A stretch of DNA of 64,000 bases from Eledone cirrhosa (Eukaryota): assembly GCA_964016885.1 (NCBI GenBank), contig OZ024747.1:39990001-40054000 (forward strand). The letters run 5' to 3'. The notes under the pieces were generated by a model. The model did no database searches, was not told the origin of the DNA, and was given only the letters and a program-made list of their open reading frames with translations. Positions 25,249 to 39,279 of the stretch are shown piece after piece. Positions within the stretch are counted from its first letter, which is position 1; the number at the start of each line of letters is the position of its first letter. The translations under genes were made by a program, and so were the position numbers.

Positions 25249-28200
25249 CTACAGCCGCATGACCAGAGTAGACCCACTCACACGGGCCATTCTCGCCACA
25301 TTCACCCACCTTTCAGCAAATGTACTGAGGGCAGCACTTCTCTCTCCACCCTCACCTTCCTTTCCAAGTGAAACTTTAAAAAGTTGATGAGGGATTGGCC
25401 GAAGAGAAAAGTGTCTGTCTTCAGTCCTTTCAACCTCGTCCACCATACAACCTCTTTCGCTACTGCCACCAGTCAGAGGAAAATTGACTGCCCTTCCTGG
25501 CCAAAAGAAGGCGGCAGGTCGATCTTCACTATGGACCCGGCCGATAGCCGGATCCGTTCTACACACGACAACAGCTGTTCAACATAACTCCACAAGTCAG
25601 TAATGCACGGACACAGGGCGAGTGCGTGCAGAACTGTTTCGTCGCTCTGCGCGCATCTCGGGCAGGTCCGTCTGACAGCACTTCCATGCCTGTAGAGGTT
25701 ATCTCGAACCGGCAGTGCCCCCCCGGTAGCACTGCCAAGCGAGGGATTTTTGGACATTATCCATCGCCCCCGGTCCGAAAGTCCTCCAGTACAGACTGGT
25801 TAGTTCGACTTCGTTGACTCCCAGAGCCTCTCCGTGTGCGTCGTCGCACTTGCCCACCACTAATCCTCTATAGAACTCGAGAGTGGAAGTTCCACTGACA
25901 GCATTGCCCCCTTGGAAGAGGGCAGTGAGAGCCTGGCAACATTCCAGATGCCAGTCACCCAGTCTCGGTCTCTTCTTGACCCAGGACTGCAGCTTAGTCA
26001 GAGAAACGAGCTGCGGAAAGGCCCGTCTGACGAACGGCGACCACACCTGTTCACCGTTTAGGCAGAATATCTGGAGATGCCGCAGCCTCAGCGCGGGCCT
26101 GCACATCAGTAGCCACGGCATGCCCAGCCCTCCACGTAGAGGGTGCTGGCTGCAGATGGACCGCCTCACCAGCGGAACCTGACCCCTCCACAAGAATTTG
26201 AGGAGGAGCCGCTCCAAGATGGCGAGGCGCGAACGGGGGCAAGGGACGACGGTCAGACGGTAGTAGATGACGGACACTATGTACGCGTTCGCCACCTCCG
26301 CCCGACCTTTGAATGATACCTTCATCCCAGCCCATTTCTGGGTGAGACTGGCTACCCTGCCCGTCACCTCGTCCCAATTCTTATCCACCTGGAGGTCTGG
26401 CCCGAACCAAACCCCTAGCAACTTTACCGGTCCGTCCAGCGCCTAACGACGCTGTTGAACGGCATGGACTTTCCTCTCCAGGTGCCGGGCTGCAAGCCCA
26501 CCGGCTTTTCCGGGTTAAGTTTTGCTCCCGTCAACCTTTCATATTCCTCCAATAAGTTGCCGACCACCTAGATTTCTGAGGTGTCCGACACCATCACGGT
26601 GATGTCGTCCGCATAAGCCGATACAGCCTTTCCGTGTCCCGGTTCGAGCGGGATGCCCTGCAACAGCTCCAGCTTCCGCAGTAAAGGCTCGAGAGTCAAT
26701 ACGTACAGAAGGGAGGAGAGAGGGCACCCTTGACGGACCGATCGGGAGACCTGAAACGGTTCCAAGAGGTGGCCATTAATTTTGACCATCGAACAGGTGC
26801 CGATTTGCATTGCAGCGATCCAGCTTCTGAAGACGGGGCCGAAGCGAGCTGCCTTGAGGACAGCCTCCAGGTACCGTTGGTCGACCCTATCGAATGCTTT
26901 CGATTGATCTAAATTGATCAGAGCCCCACCGAAGCCAGGTTTACACCCAACCCTCTCTATGATGTATCGCATTAGGTGGAGGTTGTCGTGTATGGTCCTG
27001 GTTGGGATTGCGCAAGTTCGCACCTCCCCAACCAAATCCCCGACGACAAGCGCCAACCTCTTCGCTAACACCCTGGCCAACGTCTTAAACTCTGTGTTGA
27101 GCAGAGTTATGGGCCTGAAATTGTCTAATGTGTCCCTCTTGTTCTCGTCTTTCCTCATCAGCGTCATTACGCCCCGGCCCACAGAACTGGGAATACTCCC
27201 GTTTTGCTGCCAGTTGCAGTAGAGGGCTTCGAGGAGATTGGATAACAAGTCTGGCATATTTACGTAAAGCTCGTAGGGCAGACCATCCAAACCGGGTGAC
27301 TTGCGCCTCATGCAGCCGACAAGGGCATCTTGAATCTCGGCTGAAGTAATTTGCCTTTCGCAGCGCCCAGCGTCAGGCGTAGAGGGTTTGTAAGCCATCG
27401 AGGTAGGGACTGAAGTCCGCCACCATCTCTGACCCGCCACTTCCCCCGAACAACCGAGCAAAATGTTGGCGAAAGGCCTCACACATCATCTTGGAATCGC
27501 TCAGCTGGTGCCCGTCTCGGTCCGTCAATGACCGAATCGTGGTTTTATTACCACGCTGCGCCTCTGCCACGCGGGCCCATCGAATAGCTGTGGTTCCCTC
27601 GTTTCTCAGAGCATGCGCCTTAGCTCTGACAATGCAACCCTCGTGTTTCGCATTGAAGAAATGGTCTAATGCCATTCTCGCCGCTAGCACGTCAGTTGCA
27701 ATGCCACTACCAATAGCCTCCTCTAACTTATCTACCAACTCCCCCTCCTTTCTATTTTTCTATAACGCTACTTCTTTGCTAAACTCTATCGACATTACTC
27801 TAATCTCTCTTTTGAGAGCCCCCACCATCTATTGTTGACGACTACCCCTGTCAACGTTTTCTTAACTAAATTGTTGACCTGGTCCCTGTAAGCCTTACGT
27901 GACGGAAATGACATGTTTAGCTTCCAGTAACCAGGTCCTAACCTACGCGTCTTATCTAGGTCGACCATACAGATCACAAACTTGTGATCTGAATAGGCAA
28001 CTGTTTCAAAACGTGGACAGCTTACACTATTTCTCTCTATTTTCCTAATGAATATCCTGTTTATATACGATCTAGATGACCCTATGCGGTTAGCCCAGGT
28101 CCACACTGGAGCATTAGGGAAATCTAGTCGGTACCTGTCAGACAGTTGGAACTGGCTGATCAGGTTCTTGATGCTTTTTCACCCCCCGCTCCTATCGGAT

Positions 28201-28664
28201 ACTCCCACACAGTCCCAGCGTGTGTCTAAGATGCCGTTCCATTCCCCCGCTAACAGTAAAGGGCGAGACGTACCCAGAAAGGCTTCCAGGCGTCTAAAGA
28301 AGTCCGGCCATCCTTCCCCAGTAGGAGCATAGACGGCCACGAGTCTAAAGGCACCACCTTCGTTATTGTTCACGTCCAGGACCACCAACTTCCCGTCCGG
28401 GTCCCGAAAGATCGACCTTACCTCGAGATCCAGGCCTTTCCTAAACAGCACTGCCACCCCGCTTCCCATTCCCGGCCTGCTAACAGATGCTAAGATCTGA
28501 TAGTCGTCGAAAATGGGGGCTAGTGCGCGCCTGTCGGAAATCCTTGTCTCGCTGCCGGCAATTAGATCCATTTCTATAGACCTGAGGTCGTTGAGCAGGT
28601 GACCCTGCTTCCAGGACGATCCCAGGCCTCAAACATTTGAACATCCTACTCTTAATACGGCCAA
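25249..28664 (-). pseudogene. Tx1 ORF2: APE endonuclease, RT and C-terminal zinc knuckle (disrupted)
   Basis: SETR, GVAVL, VYAP, AGEWN, SDHK, WKLN; KSPGLDG, QGCPLS, YADD; CPRCAQSDETVLHALALC. Confidence 0.9.
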
Positions 28665-28699
28665 GTTGGCAGGTTAAAAAGAGAAAGAGGAAGGTTTAC

Positions 28700-30640
28700 T
28701 TACCTTCCGGGCTCTTGTGAAGGTCGGGTTGTTCAACCTCCATAATTGGTGGGGTTTCTTTTGGGAACCCCTTTAAAAGTCTTGAAGTGGATTTTACTTT
28801 CTGGGTTCCCACGTCCCGAGGAAAGCTGTCTCGTATTTCTTTGAATATATCGAACGACATTCACACCAGAACCAAATCTTCCGGCACGCGAAATGTGCTC
28901 GATTTAAAAATGTCACCCTCTTTTTTGTATATTTTCACTTCGTGCTACGAGGGCCATCAGTTCCTTGTTGGCCTTCCTGACGAGCACGAAGTTTTGTATG
29001 TTTTGTTGGTGTGATTTTATTTGTTTGCGTGGCTGTGGTAGTGATGGTTTTGGTGGTGCTGTTTCGGTTATATCTGTGTTTGTTTTGAGTGCGGTGTCTG
29101 TGGTTTCAGAGGTTTGTGTGTATATTTGTTCTTGCGTCTGTTTAGGTTGTTTGCGTTTGGGGGATTCTGGAGATGGTGATGGTGGTGTTGATGTTGGTGT
29201 TATTGGAGAGACGTTTGCGTGGGTGGTGTCTGCGTTTTTTATTGTGGGTGATTTTGTGCTTTGTTGAGTTTTTTTTTCTTTTTGTGTTTCCCTTTTTGTA
29301 GTTTGGGGGATTTTGGTTTTCCCTCATCTTCACTAGATGAGGGGTTTGTGTCTGTAACTGTGTCTGTATGTACGTTTATGGTTTTATTGGTGTGTGTATT
29401 TTGGGGGGGAGGGGGAATTTGACAGCTTTCCTCGTTTCCCCCCTGGGTGGTCAATGTTAGTGGTGGTCTTTCAATTGGTGTTGTTGTTGGTGGTTTTGCC
29501 GGTGATGGTGTTGGTTGTGGTCCACGCCCCGCCGTCGGCAGCAGTGGAGCCTTTCGACCCCTTGCCTCTTTCAGCCGTTGAGGGCAGAAAGCTCGCTAAT
29601 GGGTTTTTTTCCCACAAATAAAACACTGCGGCCTTTTGCCTTCGGTCATAATGTAAATGACCGTCTCATTCTGAAGGCGGATGTAGTCCGGGATTGTCTT
29701 CACATTCTCGGGCCTGATGTGGAGAAGGATCTCCAGGTCAACCCCGGACCAGTCCTCTCTGGCCGTTCAGGTCACTTCTATAGGGACGGTATCCGTCCCC
29801 TCCACAATCACACATCCCAGAAGCCACCACATGTCAAGTCCTGGTGGGATTCTGGGAATGCGGAGACGGGCCGTTCTTGTTCCCATGTAGGAGGGGTACA
29901 TTATGACCTTGCTGGTTTTGCAAGGAGTCATAGCGTGTTTCATGGCGAGGGCTTCTGACTTGAACAACACCGAAATGGTGCCGTACTGTCTGCCACTCTC
30001 TATGTATTCGGTGTATTTTCTGATGCACCTCAGCGCGACTTCGACATCTTCTTGTGGGATTAAAGCTGCCCTTTTGGTTTGTGCTGAGATGCATCAATAA
30101 TGCACTGTTCTGCGCTCCACTGCCTCAATAGCTTCTACCGGGACAGTTAAGTTGGCCCAGGTTTTCTCTTGTTTGATGAGCTTCCATGCCTGGGCCAACT
30201 TTTAATCTTTGTTTGAGAGGTCCATGTTGAAGCATGGCCTCTTTTTTGCTGCTGCCGCAGCGAAAGTGTTCTTCTTGTTTTCGTTGGAGGTGTTGTGGTC
30301 GTTGTCGTTGTTCTTGTTGGTGTTGTTGTTAGCACTGTCGCTGTTATCATTGTTGTCTTTGTTGCCACCGTTGTTCTCGGGCAGTTGGTATTGTTGGTGT
30401 TGGTATTGTTGCTATTTGTTTTCATGTTAGTGGTGTTGATATTTTTGTTGCATTTGTTTTTTGTTTTATTTGTATTTTCGTTGTCGCTGTTACTGTCATT
30501 TTTTTCAAAATTAGAGTTCTCATTGGTATCATTGGTGTCTTTGTTTACATTGTTTGTGGTGGAGTTTGTGTTATCAATGTGTTAATTTCGCTGTAGCGCT
30601 CCTCTCAACTTCTACGTCGTTGTCGCACGACGGCCGACAT
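28700..30640 (-). pseudogene. Tx1 ORF1 (gag-like, disrupted)
   Basis: EGKRPQCFICGKKTH*RAFCP CCHC knuckle near 29583-29624; low-complexity N/T-rich linkers; ends approximate. Confidence 0.7.
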
Positions 30641-30898
30641 ATCGCTGGGGGGGGCTCAGCCTTGTTTTTTTTTTCTTCGTAAATTTTTTAACATGTAAAA
30701 AAAAGTTCAAATATTTGAGCCAAAAGGCCCAAATATTATACTTTCCCCTTCACGGGGCAAAATCTAAGGGCTTAGATCCCTTACACAACAAGAAATATTT
30801 AACAACAAATAATTTTAACAACAAATAATTTTAAATAAAGCGACTTACTGTGAGCGAGCAAAATACGTCCGCTTAGACCAATAATAGTAATAATAATA

Positions 30899-31822
30899 GG
30901 GAAAGGGAGAGCTTACCATCAATCACCTCCTCTTCATGGACGATCTTAAGCTCTTCGGGAAGAGTGAGAAGGAGTTGGATGTGCTTGTTGACACTTCTCC
31001 GTATTTTCAGCAATTATATATGTATGCAATTTGGTATTAGTAAGTGTAGAGTCCTTGTGATGACGTGGGAGTAAATTGAGCAGAAGCAACGGAATCCAGG
31101 TACCAACAGGTGAGATGATAAAGGAAATTGACACTGAAGAAGGATACAAATATTTAGGTGTTCTGAAGGTTGATGACATCAAGAACAAAAAAATGAAGGA
31201 ATTGATAAGATCTGAATACTTTCGGAGAGTAAGGAGCGTATTAAAATCACATCTGAACAGTAGGACTGCCATAAGTGCAGTAAATTCCCGAGCTGTGTCT
31301 ATTATTAAGTACAGTGCGGGAATTCTGAGATGGAATGTTGCTGAACAAAAAGAAATGGATAGGAAGACTAGGAAGCTATTGACTATCTACAACATGTTCC
31401 ACAAGAGGAGTGATGTCGATAGACTCTACTTAAGGAGATCTGAAGGTGGAAGAGGTCTTATCAGCATAGAGGACTGTGTTCAGATGGAGAAAAACAACAT
31501 GCACAAATACGTGACTGATAGTAGGGAGCCAATGCTCAGAATTGTACTGAAGGAGAGGACAATAGACCAGGGGATGTCCAATGAGGAAATAACGACAAGG
31601 AGAAAGAGCAACCTTCATGAAAACTCCCTTCATATTACCTTCTTTGAGAAAACTGAATTTAGATATCGACAGACATGGAACTGGTTGAAAATAGGAGACC
31701 TTAAAAATGCTACAGAAGGAATGCTAATGGCTGCGCAAGAGCAGACCCTCAAAAGGAAGTGGCTGAAACACCATATTTACAAGGAGGAGGCTAGCCCACT
31801 GTGTAGGATCTGTGTAGGATCT
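30899..31822 (+). mobile_element. R4/Dong-like LINE, RT C-terminal half
   Basis: INHLLFMDDLKL, YKYLG, RLYLRRSEGGRGL, TEGMLMAAQEQ, CRIC; begins at a TAA run. Confidence 0.85.
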
Positions 31823-32081
31823 GTACGGCATTGCTTTATATCTGGAGATCTCTCTGCACTTGTTGTCACATGGTTCAATGGGCCCAGCACTATGTGTCAG
31901 TAATTGTCACAAGTGTAGTGTTTGTACCAGAGTTTTCAAGTCGCTGGCTAGACTAAAAAGTCACACTGGTTCAGAGCATCGGTAGGGGTTCTCCTACATG
32001 GATATAAAGTAGTGGCTGTACTCGAAAACGAGTTGGCAGCCACCATGTATGTACTTATGTATGTATGTGTGTATGTGTATG

Positions 32082-32136
<55 letters not shown>

Positions 32137-32889
32137 TGACATACGCATTGATTAATTAATAACTGCAAACATATACATAGAAAAAAATGTATATATATAT
32201 ATATATATATATGTCCCAAAAAATGACGCAAAGGGAGGCATTATGAAAGTGTTTAGTGATATGGTGAGATGGTGGCTGGTGTAGTGAGCCCTTAAATTTC
32301 TGCTTACCCTGAATCGTTTTACAACTGATTAAGGGGAAAATGGGTTTCGTGGAGCGAGTATCAACACTGCGTATGTTCATGTTGGATACAATTCAGACAT
32401 AGGATAAATATGTGATCATATATATTACATAGAATAAACCAATGTGTGATTTAGATTTTTTCACTATCCTTTAACATATATCATTATAAAATAAGAAAAC
32501 AAAGAAGAAAAAAACCAGGCCGATAAGGAAATGGGAAAACGGGAAAAGATATAGGGAATCTCTAAGAACGAAATTAAGCCAATCTTTCCGATGTCTTGTA
32601 ATATATCAGATGAAATAATTTCTTTCGTTAAGTATGGGACGTCTTTCAATCTGACCTTATATTTTTGTGTGCACCTAAGAGACGGGGGTCAAAATCACAT
32701 TCTACATGCAAACAACATACACCACTTATATACATATATGCCTGTATCTGTATCGCCAGAATGTCCATAAAGACAATATTTATAATTCTAGGAGAGAAGA
32801 TATCTTGTTAAAATGAAAATAGATTAATTAAAAGTGCATAGTTGTTAAATCAAATTGAGAATACCTATTTCAAAATGATTCTATATCAC

Positions 32890-33100
32890 ATCAAACTGAG
32901 AATAGCGATTTCATATTGAGCTCATGTCTGAACAACAACTTACTTGATTTAATTGCCGGGTGCTGTATAACTGGAATGAAAATCGGTGCTGCGAAACTTG
33001 AGACATTCGTCTTCTCAAAGAAACCCGCACAGTGCATTTTACATGTGAATGGAATGATGCTAGGGCTGCGAAATCTTATACGCATTAATTTCAACTCTTC
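32890..33100 (+). mobile_element. Ancient RTE-like RT relic
   Basis: GMKIGAAKLETFVFSKKPAQCILHVNG resembles the post-YADD GM.I..K.E.MV region. Confidence 0.4.
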
Positions 33101-33885
33101 ATATTAATAACTGCATTGGTTCTTTCTGTGGACTGTGTTGAGAAATAAACCTCATTGAGTCATTCCATGAAAGTATCTTGGTCAGACTATGAACTTTTCA
33201 GCCATCCCTCGTAATAGTACGTTTTCGATGGAATTGCTACATCATAAAATCTGACGCAATGTACGGCTTCTAAAATATTTACACGAACGTATTTTTAGGC
33301 ACAGCACTGCTCCTAATCGTTTAAGTGTTACACTGCTTATTCTTTGTACAATGATATTGCAATGTTTAGTGAAGCAGCAACAAAGTAAGCTTCACATTGT
33401 TAACATCGCAAATGACATTTTGATGTTATTTCCTTCTCCATGTTGGTGTCTCAAAATATCGTGGCCAAATCTCATTTAGAAATTGCTATTCTCCCTTTTA
33501 AGTCGTAATGCCTCTTTTTCATATCCATAATCTCACTTTGAATTGGCAAAGCCTCGCTTAGAATTAATATATCATCACATAAAATTAAAGATACTGCAAA
33601 AGGTCGTCGCTTGTTTGAAAATAGTGTGGGAAAGAGAAAGCCTACAAGAAATGGTAAAACATTAACAAGAACAAGAAAATTAGGAACTTTAATATCCTTG
33701 TGATAAGGTGGTCCTAACAATACTACCATAGACTTCTTAGATTAACTCCTTCAGGAGTTACGGGGCCCTGCCAAGCCATGTCACATGAATTGTTGTGATA
33801 ATGCCTCATAGTCACAATAATTCGATGTTTATACATTAAAACTACATCAGCAGTTCAGCTGAAACAAAAACAAAAAAAAAAAAAC

Positions 33886-34554
33886 TGAGACAGTTAATGG
33901 TTTTTTTCTCATAATTCTTTTAACAGTGGAAATTTGGATTGATAAGAAATAGTGAGAGAACATTGTTTAACTCTTCCTACTCCTCCAAATGTAAGGGAAC
34001 GTCGCTCTCACGTGTTGACGCTGAACTACACGACTATATTTCCACTGTTAAAAGAAATACGAGAAAAAAACCCATTAACTGTCTCAAAGGGCGGAAGAAC
34101 TCATGAGAGTCAACGCCCATCCGAAAATGTGTAAATATGTATATACATGTATGCATGTGTATGTATATGTATATGTATATGTGTATATACATGTATGCAT
34201 GTGTATGAATATGGTCAGGGACATAGAAATATTCGGGCTGGATACCCAATCGCGCAGTTAAACCACTGGGAGTGAAGGAGCCCTAGTCTTTGTCAGGGCA
34301 TTCTTCTAGGAGACCGCAACTCAGGAAACTGGGATAACTCCGACATTAAACCTGCGGCTCAGTAGCTACCGATGAAGTTGATCTTTTCTTCTTTTCGGGT
34401 TATAGCTACTGTTGCTCAGAGAGTGGGATTAGCTCAGTGCACAGTCTTTCCTCACTTTAAAAAAAATCTTCACGCACAGACATTGCCCGATGGAATAAAT
34501 AAATTATTAATAATGTTATATCGTGCAATGACCATACTCGATATCGAGGGGGCA

Positions 34555-34560
<6 letters not shown>
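33886..34560 (+). repeat. Unclassified interspersed repeat with a leading inverted repeat
   Basis: IR 33886-33933/34038-34086; 34091-34335 recurs at about 46713-46951; terminus 34522-34560 recurs inverted at 13063-13101. Confidence 0.65.
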
Positions 34561-35179
<619 letters not shown>

Positions 35180-35624
35180 GAATATGAAAGAGAGATAACT
35201 CACAGATATATACATATATGTGTTCAAATCTATAACCTATTGTCCATAGTTAGTATTTTTTTCACGCTAGTGAATCTGGTCCCTTACGATTTGAACACAT
35301 ATATGTATATATATATATATGTGTTTATCTCTCTTTTATATTACACGGCGCGGAAAAAACTCTTTCTTTGAACTATTTAATTGTAAGAGACTATTTTCAG
35401 TTTCTAACTCAATATATACCTTTGATATATATATGTATGTATATAATATATAAATGTATGTACACACTTTCAACTAGTGCTGCCTGTAATTGAGTTCTCT
35501 CAAGCAGAACATCTTTTTGACTCCAGACTCTCCACATGATACCTATGACACTAACAACAATCAATTATGTACCCTAAATTTTCTAAATGACTAGGATTTT
35601 GAGTAACATATTTCGACATTCCCT

Positions 35625-35670
35625 ATGCTCCGATGATTCCAGACTTCCCTCTGGAAGAAACTATTTTCAT
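35625..35670 (+). ncRNA. Decayed CCGAUGA hammerhead (family C)
   Basis: atgct-CCGATGA-t(tccaga cttccc tctgga)a-GAAAC; stem III and stem I decayed. Confidence 0.55.
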
Positions 35671-35751
35671 CAAATAAATGTTCTAAACTAAAATTTGATC
35701 GTTTTAACAATTTGTATATATGTATGTATGTATATAATATATATATATATG

Positions 35752-35827
<76 letters not shown>

Positions 35828-35902
35828 CGTATGTGTGTTTGTATATATATATATATATATGAAGTAAGAATATTTTTCGAAACAGCGAGCGGGTTTGAAA
35901 TT

Positions 35903-36142
35903 ATTATAAATGTAAGCTATCACCGTATTTTGACTAAAGAAATTATTTAGCCTGATAGTGGAGTTAAGAACTCTCGGTGTTGGTGTAAATGGTAGCATAG
36001 TGGCCTGGATAACCAAAGATGTGGGTTCGACTCCCATGTACGTCAATACTCATCTTTTTCCATTTCTCCGAGGGTTCTTAACCCCACTATCAGGCTAAAT
36101 AATTTCTTTAGTCAAAATACGGCGATAGCTTCCATTTATAAT
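35903..36142 (+). mobile_element. Inverted-repeat element enclosing a tRNA-like Pol III unit
   Basis: About 75-bp arms 35903-35977/36068-36142; core 35976-36046 with A box TGGTGTAAATGG, T arm gtggg-TTCGACT-cccat, then TTTTT. Confidence 0.7.
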
Positions 36143-36267
36143 ATATATATATATGTATATATATACAATATATATATATACAAATATATATATATACATA
36201 TATATGTATATATATATATATACATATATATATATGCACACACATATATATACACATATATATATAC

Positions 36268-36314
<47 letters not shown>

Positions 36315-36315
<1 letters not shown>

Positions 36316-36502
36316 CGAAGGAAATGTGGTAAGGAACCAGATGGACCATAACGCACCAAAGTACTCAATAATTAGGGTAGTAGAGTGGGTAATAGGAACG
36401 AGTAGGACCCCGACGGCTGAGCACAAGCCGTTTCGACGGCTAATTCTGAATTAGCCATCGAAACGGCTTGAGCTCAGCCGTCGGGGTCCTACTCGTTCCT
36501 AT
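36315..36502 (-). mobile_element. Fold-back hinged in hammerhead stem II (family F)
   Basis: Palindrome 36392-36502, centre 36447; GAAAC-ggct tgagctc agcc-GTC; no CUGANGA. Confidence 0.75.
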
Positions 36503-36531
36503 ATATATATATATATGTATGTATCTATATA

Positions 36532-36610
36532 CAGGGTGCCCCTTAAAATTCTATACACACATTTATGAGAATGCAGTTAAAGTGTGTAAACATTTTTTTG
36601 GTACACGCTG
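36532..36610. mobile_element. Tc1/mariner-type mini-MITE
   Basis: TA-CAGGGTG...CACGCTG-TA with imperfect inverted repeats. Confidence 0.45.
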
Positions 36611-36616
36611 TATATA

Positions 36617-36748
<132 letters not shown>

Positions 36749-36860
36749 GTGTTGTAGTTTGTTTGAAGTAAATATAACTAGGAAATAAGTTTGGTTATTT
36801 GGAAGCCCGACAATACGTGTAAAATAGAGATCCCAAAATATATATAAGTAGTATATGTGT

Positions 36861-36900
<40 letters not shown>

Positions 36901-36998
36901 TGTGCGTGCGTGCGTATGTAGATATTTATCAATCAATAATATATGTCAGTCTATCAAAATATCTTCAAGCTGTCAACTCTCTCTCTCTCTCCATCTCT

Positions 36999-37037
<39 letters not shown>

Positions 37038-37167
37038 ATATATATACATATATATAGATAGATGGTTTGAATCACACAGAATTGAATATATATATCCATC
37101 CATCTACCTGTCAATCTCTCATCTATCTATAAAAATATAAATAAATAAATAAAATATAAAAAGAAAG

Positions 37168-37203
<36 letters not shown>

Positions 37204-37286
37204 TTGTCTCACCTATCTACATTACATCTTACATTTATCTCTCTACATATATCCACTTCATTATTCCTGTTTGCACATTCTACTAG

Positions 37287-37344
<58 letters not shown>

Positions 37345-37430
37345 CATCTTTTTCCCCCTCTCGTTTCTCTCTCTGTTTCTTTCTTTTTCTTGTTCATCAC
37401 CGCTCAATATTTCTATTTCTTACTCTCACT

Positions 37431-37541
<111 letters not shown>

Positions 37542-38672
37542 TTAACCTACTTCCATGTTAAACATACTTTCTCCTTCATTTCTATTTCATCTCAATCAAT
37601 CAATCAGATCTCCCCCATTCTCTCCCTGAATACTTTAACTCTCTCTATATAAATCTCTCTCTCTCTCTTATTATTCCCCTTCTCCAATCCTCATTCCCAC
37701 ATTGCTTGTCTCTTCCTCTTTCTCCTTCTTTCTCTCACTTTATCACTCATCGTCTCACTTCTCCCCTCTTTATCATTCAATCAATCAACCAACCGATCTC
37801 TATTTCCTCTCTTTTTATCTTTCGATTTATTACTCCCACACTCACTGATTCTCTCTCTCTCTTTCTCTTCCACTTACTCTCACTGTCTTTCTCCCCTCTC
37901 TCTCTCTCTCTCTCACCTACATTCTATTTTTCTCTCTCATGTTATGTTTAACTCTACTTACTATATTGACGCCCTCCTGCCATCCCATTTTAGAACTCGT
38001 CAAATTTATTATATACTAACTTGCATCTACCCAAGCTACTGTTCTCTCTACTAAACTCAACCAAAGCTCATTTACATAACACAACAGGTAGATACATTTT
38101 TGCGATATTTATTTATTAATCTTATTTACTTATTTATTTACCTCTTTTTGCCTTCGGTTACTTGCAAAACACTGTTTAGGTCGTAGAATTTAGTTTGAGA
38201 TAAACTAACAAACAGTTTTACTTTCTATTATATTGGAAGACAGACAATTTATGATATACCAACAGATATATACCCACACACCCAAACATACATACACACA
38301 AAAGAAAAACACAAATCTCAAAACTAACATTGCATCCTTTTGCGGAATATGGTCACTCACTGAATTCTTCGAAAAGTTGTTTAAACTTCATTCCTATTCT
38401 ACAGGAGTGACGTAACTGAGTACTTTTTTATACTTCTCAATCTTTCTAAGTTTTTTTTCCCCCCCTTCAAGTAAGTCCGTTCATCAACACAACCGACGTT
38501 ATTATATCTCTCCCACCGGAAGGTGACAGCTAAAAATTTTACAGCAGTTAACAAGCAAATACAGAAACACAAAACTTGAAAAAGAAACGATAATACGTAC
38601 ATATACACACAAAAAGAATATATAAGAGGTAACTGTTTATTTTACGTGAATTGATAAAATAGTAAAGTGAAA

Positions 38673-38753
38673 ATGAATAGCAGCAATAACGGTGAAGTTG
38701 AAACTGATACAACCAAAAGAAGGTTGGCATTCCAGAAATGCTACAGTTTGGAG
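38673..38753 (+). CDS. Candidate first coding exon of an unidentified host gene (MNSSNNGEVETDTTKRRLAFQKCYSLE)
   Basis: AAAATG start, phase-0 donor GAG|GTAAGT, upstream acceptor ttcctattctacag at 38404, unique sequence. No homology recognised. Confidence 0.3.
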
Positions 38754-39279
38754 GTAAGTGATCACCTACAGTCTAAAGTTTGTCTTTTACTTTCACTTTC
38801 ACTTTTGATGTTCTTAGTTGTTCGGGGCAGTAATTGCAATAGATGTAGAGAAATAACAAGCATATTAACAAACTTTGATATGTTATTTAAATAAATAAAT
38901 GAATTAACCAATGCTAAACTACACTAAATTTAAAAGCAGAGATATAATCGAAAAATAAACTGAATGCAGGAGCCCACGTGTCTCTCTCTATATATATATA
39001 TGTGTGTGTGTGTACGCGCGTGTGTGTATGTGTGTGTGAATGTGCGTGTATGAGAGTATATATATATATATTTATGTGTCATTGTTTTACACTCTATTTC
39101 AAATAATTTATGAATTGGTGAATTTAAAGTATGTTCACAGAATTATCAATTTTTAATTAACTTTAATTTCGTTTTCGCTGCCAGTAGATTTACAATACAC
39201 ACAAAGGGAGATATACATACATGTTAAATTCACAGACTGTTTGACCGTGTAAGGTGACCGTTGAAGACACAAGAACGAA

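Larger units (their letters stand above)
24960..30879 (-). mobile_element. Near full-length Tx1-clade L1 copy D
   Basis: ORF1 plus APE-RT-CCHC ORF2 with frameshifts and stops; ATAAT at the 3' end and (TAA)n at the 5' end. Confidence 0.9.

Noticed and set aside
30899-31822. Idea that this is the piece deleted from the 22958-24615 element
   Set aside because: It does not start or end at the deletion breakpoints and has its own TAA flank; more likely a separate copy.
35976-36046. Functional tRNA gene
   Set aside because: Acceptor and anticodon stems pair poorly, so it is treated as tRNA-like.
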